From: Octopus sinensis
Taxonomy: Eukaryota
Assembly (NCBI RefSeq): GCF_006345805.1
Contig: NW_021828930.1
Location: 1-7,165 of the forward strand
DNA: 7,165 nt
Reading direction: 5' to 3'
Made by a program: the position numbers and the translations under genes. Numbering within the stretch: position 1 is the stretch's first letter; each line of letters opens with the position of its first letter. Below, piece after piece: positions 1 to 6,149 of this stretch. The notes below the pieces were generated by a model that did not search any database, had not been told where the DNA came from, and was given only the letters and a program-made list of their open reading frames with translations.

Positions 1-131
1 GTCCGTTAGAGCATGAGATAAAATACTTGGCATTTTTTTGTTCCGAGTTTCTGCACATCGAGTTCAAATTCTCTCGTGGTCAACTTGGCATTTCATTCGT
101 TTGGAGATGGATAAAAACTTTCAAGTACTTT
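1..131 (+). mobile_element. Old, diverged tRNA-derived SINE copy (5' end outside window or eroded)
   Basis: Exact B-box-containing GAGTTCAAATTC at 60-71, followed by GGTCAACTTGGCATTTCATTCGTTTGGAG. This aligns to GGTCGACTTTGCCTTTCATCCTTTCGGGG in the better-preserved copy (reverse complement of 4862-4890). Boundaries approximate. Confidence 0.55.
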
Positions 132-140
132 GTTGTCTTT

Positions 141-157
141 TCTCTCTCTCTCCCTGA

Positions 158-212
<55 letters not shown>
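141..212. repeat. (CT)n microsatellite
   Basis: Near-perfect TC dinucleotide run with two short interruptions. Confidence 0.97.
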
Positions 213-264
213 CGAATAAGTTACTTTGAAGGTACCCATCGGGCTAATATTCCGTAAATTCGTA

Positions 265-439
265 GGACGGCGGCTGTCAGCATCGTTAGCACACTGGACA
301 AAACGCTTGAGTTCAAATTCCGAAGAGATCGACTTTGACTTTCATCGATTCGGGGTCGATAAGACAAATACCAGTTGAACACTTGGGAGTCGATGTATTC
401 GAAAATGCTGGCCTTGTACCAAAATTTGAAACCAATATT
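265..439 (+). mobile_element. tRNA-derived SINE, diverged, with internal deletion and a different 3' tail
   Basis: A-box-like TGTCAGCATCGTTAG (276-290), B box GTTCAAATTCC (311-321), then GATCGACTTTGACTTTCATCGATTCGGGGTCGAT...TACCAGTT...GTCGATGTATTCG matching the central region of the other copies. About 25-30 nt between A and B box is missing relative to 4811-4981. Including the tail GCTGGCCTTGTACCAAAATTTGAAACCAATATT rests on recall of octopus SINE 3' ends, so the right boundary is less certain. Confidence 0.75.
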
Positions 440-536
440 CTGTGAAATCGATAAGAAATAAATGGAATTGCACAAAACCAATACTAACCATGCAATGAAT
501 GGTGAAAATGGCGAAACAATAACTGATAGAACCAGT

Positions 537-547
537 ACACACGCACA

Positions 548-578
<31 letters not shown>

Positions 579-620
579 CACATGCACACACACGTACACA
601 CATGCACGCGCATACTCACA
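537..620. repeat. (CA)n microsatellite, imperfect
   Basis: CA run with CG, CC, CATG and GT interruptions. Confidence 0.95.
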
Positions 621-718
621 AACATTGTTATATAAGTTTTAGACGAGACAAGAACATTCTGGAATGCTTTGGGTTAGAGAGATCAGAATTGACCTGCGCG
701 TTAAACATTATCATTTTT

Positions 719-858
719 CATCATCACGATGATGATGGACATCATCATCAACATCATCGTCGTCATCATCTTCATCATCAACATCATCATCATCATCATC
801 ATCTTCATCATCATCATCGTCATCGTCATCATCAATATCATCATCAACATCATCATCG

Positions 859-899
<41 letters not shown>

Positions 900-935
900 T
901 TCATCATCATCATCATCAACTTCCTCATCATCAGC

Positions 936-975
<40 letters not shown>

Positions 976-980
976 ATATC
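719..980. repeat. (ATC)n trinucleotide microsatellite with GTC/TTC/AAC variants
   Basis: ~260 bp of ATC units; source of the poly-His/Ile/Asp/Met ORFs. Confidence 0.97.
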
Positions 981-1184
981 TGTTTCTTTAATTATCCACA
1001 AGGGGCTAAACATAGAGGGGACAGACAAGGACAGACAGACGGATTAAGTCGATTACATCGAGCCCAGTGCGTGTCTGGTACTTGATTTATCAACCCCGAA
1101 ACGATGAAAGGCAAAGTCGACCTCGGCGGAATTTGAACTCAGAACGTAACGGCAGACGAAATACGGCTACGCAATTTCGCCTAG
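981..1184 (-). mobile_element. tRNA-derived SINE, 5'-truncated (A box missing), inside the ATC microsatellite
   Basis: B box (reverse GGAATTTGAAC, 1128-1138). Body closely matches 4811-4950 and tail (CCACAAGGGGCTAAACATAGAGGGGACAGACAAGG) matches 1987-2050. Match stops at ~1181, before the A box. Flanked by CAATATC at 974-980 and 1185-1191. Confidence 0.9.
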
Positions 1185-1276
1185 CAATATCGTCATCATC
1201 AACTTCGTCGTCATCATCCTCATCATCATGAATATCATCTTCATCATCATCATCGCCGTCGTCTTCGTCGTCGTCG

Positions 1277-1323
<47 letters not shown>

Positions 1324-1374
1324 GTTATCATCAACAACAACAGCAACGCTAAAGCTGATAAGAACAACAACAGC
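1185..1374. repeat. (ATC/GTC)n microsatellite grading into (AAC)n
   Basis: Continuation of the ATC array on the other side of the SINE; source of the poly-Asp/Met/Ile ORFs. Confidence 0.95.
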
Positions 1375-1440
1375 ATTATAACCCAAGGAGAATATAATGA
1401 CATTCATATTTGTCAATGTAGCTTGTTTTCCCTTTTCCCT

Positions 1441-1619
1441 ATATAAATACATACGTACACATACATACACATGTGCGCCACACGCCTATTATACACACAC
1501 ACACACACACACATAAACTCATACACATATACATATTTACACACATATAAACATACATATATAACAAATTTACACGCACATATATAACAAATTCACACAC
1601 ACACACACTCTTTCACACA
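1441..1619. repeat. Compound (CA/TA/TACA)n low-complexity repeat
   Basis: Mixed ACAT, AC and AT runs. Confidence 0.85.
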
Positions 1620-1986
1620 TTGATGTATATGACATAGCAAGATCTTCACTTAACCATTTCTCCAGAGATTTATTCTGCCATATCAGTTTTAATAAAGACA
1701 TGAATAATAAATAACACAAATTGTGACAAATGCGTTAGAGTTAATACGTCAGAATCGTTGAGAAGCTGATCGTTAAACGCTTTTGTTTCAACAGCTAAAC
1801 TAATGAACACTTATTATAACACAAATTTTTTGTTTTGTGCTCTGTTTACTTAGCGCAGCCTTGAATAATTTTTCACGAAGCTTATGTTTTGACGAAGTTT
1901 CATAAAATGAATATGAGCGCAAGGCTTTGTTGCAGGGGTTAATAGATCGTTTCTCTTCAATGTGCTTCCGGCTTCGACCTCATGTA

Positions 1987-2050
1987 TTTATTTCTTTACT
2001 ATACCCACAAGTGGCTAAACACAGAGGGGACAAACAAGGACAGACAAACG
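1987..2050 (-). mobile_element. SINE 3' tail (left half of the SINE interrupted by the LTR element)
   Basis: TTTCTTTACTATACCCACAAGTGGCTAAACACAGAGGGGACAAACAAGGACAGACAAACG aligns with 983-1041 and stops exactly at the LTR start. Confidence 0.88.
2047..2050. repeat. Left target-site duplication AACG
   Basis: AACG immediately before the LTR TG; repeated at 4807-4810. Confidence 0.9.
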
Positions 2051-2145
2051 TGTAGTGATATTATAACGGTGCGCGCGCGCGCGCCGTCCATTTGTATTTC
2101 GCGCGTGTTGGTGCCTTTACCAAGGCAGAGAAAGGAAGGGCCCTC

Positions 2146-2159
2146 TCGCGCATGCGCGA
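2146..2159. promoter_or_regulatory. 14-bp perfect palindrome TCGCGCATGCGCGA containing an NRF1-type GCGCATGCGC motif (second copy 4298-4311)
   Basis: Palindrome is directly visible. The factor assignment is by consensus match only; binding is untested. Confidence 0.45.
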
Positions 2160-2378
2160 ACCACCGGAAGCACGACCCGCTTGCCTATTGTGGTGGTTAG
2201 CGAGGCAAGGGGGCCGTAGAACGTTTGACCACTAGTAGCAGCAGCGGGAACTTGGGACCCAGCGATTGACGGCGACAGTCACGCATATATTCTCTCCGTC
2301 TGAACTGATTCTAGCAGTCCTTTGGCCGAAGACTTTTAACCAAAATTGTTGCAGACCAACATCGTCTCCATTGTTCGA

Positions 2379-2388
2379 CGCCATCTTG
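2379..2388 (+). promoter_or_regulatory. YY1-type motif CGCCATCTTG in LTR (second copy 4531-4540)
   Basis: Matches the CGCCATnTT YY1 consensus; sequence match only. Confidence 0.4.
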
Positions 2389-2510
2389 GACCCTTTCTGT
2401 TTTCATCGGCTGGACATTGTAAATATTACAATCTATTAACTTTCAGCCTTGCGCGCCCGAATCAAGGACATCAGATAACACACTTATTGTTATTGTTTAC
2501 CAAGAAAGAG

Positions 2511-2516
2511 AATAAA
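2511..2516 (+). promoter_or_regulatory. LTR polyadenylation signal AATAAA (would act in the 3' LTR, 4663-4668)
   Basis: AATAAA ~140 nt before the LTR end, followed by GT/T-rich sequence (TGCGTCTTGTTGTTTCTG), the usual layout at an R/U5 boundary. Confidence 0.6.
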
Positions 2517-2659
2517 GTAGTTATATGTATATTTTACGTCTGCGTCTTGTTGTTTCTGACTAGTAGAATTCTGGAGCGATTAAAGCAACGGCTAGTGAGT
2601 GATTGCTTTGTGCACCAAAAGTGCACGAGGATACACACTCACACGAAGTTCGTTACAAG

Positions 2660-2680
2660 TGGTGACCTCCCGACGTGATT
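2660..2680 (+). promoter_or_regulatory. Primer-binding site complementary to the tRNA-Trp 3' end, with a 2-nt insertion
   Basis: TGGTGACC-TC-CCGACGTGATT versus TGGTGACCCCGACGTGATT, the reverse complement of the animal tRNA-Trp(CCA) 3' end as I recall it (...AATCACGTCGGGGTCA+CCA). Starts 2 nt after the LTR terminal CA. Confidence 0.8.
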
Positions 2681-4191
2681 CTGGTCTAAAACCAGAGATC
2701 ACTTATCAACAAAAAAATCCAGTTTTTCTGCGAAGTCGGAACACGATTTAACACTACGCATTCATCTTTCGACGATTTGTTTCCGGCCACCACAAACAGT
2801 TATATAGAAGGAGCCTTTTATTCTTCACCATGATGACGGACGCCATCACATCATCGATGCTATTTCTCTGCCTTCGTCATCATCATCGTCGTCTTAGAAC
2901 TTCACGTCGTCGCTATCTTCGTCGCCATCATCACTGAGAACGATGTTGTCCCAAGTCCACTACAGTCGCCTTCCACCACCATCGTCGCCTTTCAACACCG
3001 TCGACCTCCACAAGATGTACATAGCAACTCGCGGAACTTTGGCGTGCACGCTGTATGTGCATATGGCACCAAGGATTCACAGCACCGTCTATCTACGAGA
3101 TTTCTTCTGTTCCAGTTAACCTGTCACAGCATTGAAGCCACAACCGCTACACATTGTGTTCAACCGGCATCTGCATTTTGTGATTTCAACATTTCTGTTA
3201 CAGAACGAACTGCTATTGTACATCAGGCTATCACAGACTGGTAAATTAATTCTTGTCTGAGATAGCACTTGAGAGACATTTTTTTCTATGCGCTGTTTTT
3301 ATATTTTGCTCGCATTCACCTTGTATGTATTTCTGTCGCACACACGTACACACACATAAATGCTCTCTCTCACATACATACGTCACACATGCTTTTCTCG
3401 CTTGTTTTTTTTCCCATGCTGAATTTGCCTTTTGTGGACACCCCTCATTTCTATAGACCCTAGGTCGGTCACGTATACATAGAGAGGGTTGTTTGTCCAT
3501 TATAACGCGCCAGCATGTCATACTTTTGTTCCTGTGCGAACGAGGCATATAATCGCTCAACCACTGGCATATTCTTGCTGTTTTTTGGTCTGGCAAGCAC
3601 TGTTGCATTTCATGCGCCTATTGCTTCGCACGTGTACTTGCCTTGTTTTTGCAACACGTTTTGCGTTAGCTTGATTTCTTTTCCCGACTCATGTCGGATG
3701 TTCATATGCGCTGCGCCATGTTTAGGCGTAATTATTTTTCCCTGTTAGACCCTTGTTGGTCACGTAATTAACAGAAAATTATCTGTGTCGCGCATCACAC
3801 CGGCATGTTTGCACTTTTGCCTTTTGTGTTACTAGCGATCTTCTGTCAATTCCATTTCCTCTCCTGCAGCAATTGATTTAACTGCTATTTTGCAGGATCA
3901 ACTACCTTTAGAGAAGTTGGATTTTAATTTCGCCTAGGTACATCAACTGTGAGTTTTGCTTTTCCCTCCGCTCCTTTCAGCGGAAGGGTTTATATTTTTG
4001 TGACGTATACACTTTCATGCATGCACTCTTGATTTTTGCTCATTGTGTATTTTTTTTCTCTTTTTCCTTTAGTAAATTTCTTGTGTATGTTATAAATTTT
4101 GCCATGATATTATTGTGTGCTATTTGGTTATCTGGTGTCCACCTTGAGTTTTGCAGTCACTACAATAAGTTTCCTTTCGTGCGTACGCACT

Positions 4192-4200
4192 GGAGGGGAG
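4192..4200 (+). promoter_or_regulatory. Polypurine tract GGAGGGGAG
   Basis: Purine run ending 2 nt (CC) before the 3' LTR TG. Confidence 0.8.
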
Positions 4201-4202
4201 CC

Positions 4203-4806
4203 TGTAGTGATATTATAACGGTGCGCGCGCGCGCGCCGTCCATTTGTATTTCGCGCGTGTTGGTGCCTTTACCAAGGCAGAGAAAGGAAGGGCCCTCTCG
4301 CGCATGCGCGAACCACCGGAAGCACGACCCGCTTGCCTATCGTGGTGGTTAGCGAGGCAAGGGGGCCGTAGAACGTTTGACCACTAGTAGCAGCAGCGGG
4401 GACTTGGGACCCAGCGATTGACGGCGACAGTCACGCATATATTCTCTCCGTCTGAACTGATTCTAGCAGTCCTTTGGCCGAAGACTTTTAACCAAAATTG
4501 TTGCAGACCAACATCGTCTCCATTGTTCGACGCCATCTTGGACCCTTTCTGTTTTCATCGGCTGGACATTGTAAATATTACAATCTATTAACTTTCAGCC
4601 TTGCGCGCCCGAATCAAGGACATCAGATAACACACTTATTGTTATTGTTTACCAAGAAAGAGAATAAAGTAGTTATATGTATATTTTACGTCTGCGTCTT
4701 GTTGTTTCTGACTAGTAGAATTCTGGAGCGATTAAAGCAACGGCTAGTGAGTGATTGCTTTGTGCACCCCAAAAGTGCACGAGGATTCACACGAAGTTCG
4801 TTTACA
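4203..4806 (+). repeat. 3' LTR (604 bp)
   Basis: Direct repeat of 2051-2657 at offset 2152; starts TGTAGTG, ends CGTTTACA. Confidence 0.95.
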
Positions 4807-4810
4807 AACG
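4807..4810. repeat. Right target-site duplication AACG
   Basis: AACG immediately after the terminal CA; matches 2047-2050. Confidence 0.9.
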
Positions 4811-4981
4811 TATTAAGTTGATTATATCGGCCCCAGTGCGTAACTGGTACTTATTTAATCGACCCCGAAAGGATGAAAGGCAAAGTCGACCTCGGCGGAA
4901 TTTGAACTCACAACGTAACGGCAGACGAAGTACCGCAAAGCATTTCGCCCGGTGTGCTAACGCTTCTGCCAGCTCGCCGCC
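4811..4981 (-). mobile_element. tRNA-derived SINE head and body (right half of the interrupted SINE)
   Basis: On the minus strand: GGCGGCGAGC, A-box-like TGGCAGAAGCGTTAG (4957-4971), B box GTTCAAATTCC (4897-4907), GGCGG/CCGCC acceptor-stem-like pairing, then a body matching 1042-1181. Confidence 0.92.
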
Positions 4982-5030
4982 TTTTGTTGTATTATATAAT
5001 AACCGGGAAGGTGTCCCCGTCTCCGTTGTT

Positions 5031-5131
5031 GGCAAAGTCGACCTCGGCGGAATTTGAACTCAGAACGTAACGGCAGACGAATTATGGCTACGCATTTCGC
5101 CCGGCGTGCTAACGTTTCTGCCAGCTCGCCG
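5031..5131 (-). mobile_element. SINE head-only fragment (tRNA-like region with A and B boxes, 3'-truncated)
   Basis: GGCAAAGTCGACCTCGGCGGAATTTGAACTC...CTGCCAGCTCGCCG is a near copy of 4879-4979; similarity ends abruptly at 5031. Confidence 0.9.
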
Positions 5132-5195
5132 ACATCATATAGGAATTCTGACAAGTTCTTTTAAACCAGCATAGTTGCAGGTCACACATTTGTGC

Positions 5196-5224
5196 GGGAC
5201 GGGGGGTGGGGTTGGGGTGGCGGG
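5196..5224 (+). other. Potential G-quadruplex-forming sequence
   Basis: GGG-AC-GGGGGG-T-GGGG-TT-GGGG-T-GG-C-GGG: five tracts of 3 or more G with short loops. Confidence 0.55.
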
Positions 5225-5340
5225 TTAAAATATCGGACGGAAACCTCGGGGGATAGGAATTGACAATTTCTACTTCCAAGATACTATTGAACAACCTGAA
5301 GTTATGCCAGTTGAAAACACGCACGTGGCGCGTATGTAAG

Positions 5341-5410
5341 TGTACGTGTGTGCGTGTGTACGTGTGTGTGTGTGTGTGTATGTGTGTGTGTGTGTGTGTG
5401 TGTATGTGTG

Positions 5411-5450
<40 letters not shown>

Positions 5451-5688
5451 TGTGCATGTGTGCGTGTGTGTGTGGTTGTGTGTGTTTGTGCATGTGTGTA
5501 TGTGTTGTATGTGTGTGTGTGTGTGTGGTGTGTATGTGTGTGTGCATGTGTGCATGTGTGTGTGTGTTGTGGGTGTGTGTGTGTATGGTGTGTGCATGTG
5601 TGCTTGTGTGTTGTGTGTGTGTGGTGTTGCATGTGTGTATGTGTGTATGTGTGTGTTGTGTGTGTGTGTATGTGTTTGTGCATGTGTG

Positions 5689-5724
<36 letters not shown>

Positions 5725-5831
5725 ATGTGTGTGTGTGCATGTGTGTGCGTGTGTGTGTGTGTGTGTGTGTGCATGTGTGTATGTGTGTATGTGTGTGTGT
5801 GTGTGTGTGTGTATGTGTGTGTGCATGTGTG

Positions 5832-5871
<40 letters not shown>

Positions 5872-5877
5872 TGTGCA

Positions 5878-5910
<33 letters not shown>
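5341..5910. repeat. Long imperfect (GT)n microsatellite with GCAT/GTAT variant units
   Basis: ~570 bp of GT units; source of the His-Thr and Cys-Val ORFs. Confidence 0.98.
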
Positions 5911-6059
5911 TTGCGGATGAAACAAGTGGGTGTGTAAGTTGGCATCATGCTTCGAAGAAATTAGATAGAAACGACGAAAACATATATAACGAAAAAGCAA
6001 AGAGAGAAATCCGCCCCCTCCGTCAGCAGTCTAGCTTATGAAATATTTATTCATATATA

Positions 6060-6088
6060 CGAGGGGCGTTCAATAAGTAATGCCCCTG
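6060..6088 (+). repeat. Left terminal inverted repeat of mariner (partner outside window)
   Basis: Follows TA at 6058-6059 and resembles the (TA)CGAGGG start of many mariner TIRs. Exact start and length cannot be fixed without the right end. Confidence 0.65.
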
Positions 6089-6149
6089 ACCCACTTGCAG
6101 TTAATTGTGGTTTCCGGTTTACAGGTGTTTGAACTGAGTCAAGTGTGAA

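Larger units (their letters stand above)
2051..2657 (+). repeat. 5' LTR (607 bp)
   Basis: Starts TGTAGTG, ends CGTTACA. Differs from 4203-4806 by 2 substitutions and 3 small indels by manual alignment. Confidence 0.95.
2051..4806 (+). mobile_element. Full-length non-autonomous LTR retroelement (probably Ty3/gypsy-dependent), 2756 bp
   Basis: Two ~605-bp direct repeats with TGTA...TACA termini, 4-bp TSD, PBS 2 nt after the 5' LTR, polypurine tract 2 nt before the 3' LTR. No ORF over ~120 aa and no recognisable gag, protease, RT, RNase H or integrase motif in the 1545-bp interior. The gypsy link is inferred from the 4-bp TSD only. Confidence 0.92.

Noticed and set aside
602-1470. Poly-His, poly-Asp, poly-Ile and poly-Met ORFs
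   Set aside because: They are different frames of the (ATC)n microsatellites, plus SINE sequence; no splice or domain evidence.
1775-1860. Acceptor-like T-rich tracts ending in AG (TTTTGTTTCAACAG; TTTTTTGTTTTGTGCTCTGTTTACTTAG)
   Set aside because: No convincing downstream donor or reading frame, and such tracts are common in AT-rich DNA.
1982-2678. ORFs 1982-2200 and 2346-2678 and their twins 4017-4352 and 4498-4821 as duplicated genes
   Set aside because: The shared peptide text is simply the LTR duplication. The ORFs cross LTR boundaries, two start at non-ATG codons, and none has a recognisable domain.
3044-3748. Short overlapping ORFs in the LTR interior as gag/pol remnants
   Set aside because: No CCHC knuckle, protease D-S/T-G, RT YxDD or integrase motif found by eye, and they overlap on both strands. 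A profile search could still detect very old remnants.
3862-3897. TCCTGCA...TGCAGGA inverted repeat
   Set aside because: 7-bp arms around a 22-nt spacer are within chance expectation for this length of sequence.
2051-4806. Simple segmental duplication or assembly repeat as the explanation for the two 600-bp copies
   Set aside because: TG/CA termini, flanking TSD, PBS, PPT and the cleanly split SINE together fit an LTR retroelement insertion.
4897-4981. Genuine tRNA gene (also 5031-5131)
   Set aside because: A/B boxes and an acceptor-like stem are present, but the spacing is too long, I cannot fold a convincing anticodon arm, and the head runs into SINE body sequence repeated several times in the window.
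5257-5341. Possible host exon ending at a GTAAGT donor (5336-5341), reading GIDNFYFQDTIEQPEVMPVENTHVAR; the minus strand reads ILEVEIVNSYPPRFP, faintly cadherin-like
   Set aside because: The only available AG acceptor lacks a polypyrimidine tract, and an in-frame TAA lies at 5226-5228. The minus-strand peptide lacks the DxNDNxP motif. RNA-seq would be needed to revive it.
5109-6041. Long His-Thr and Cys-Val/Val-Cys ORFs (up to 279 aa), and similar ones at 221-625
   Set aside because: Dinucleotide repeats lack stop codons, so these ORFs are expected artefacts.
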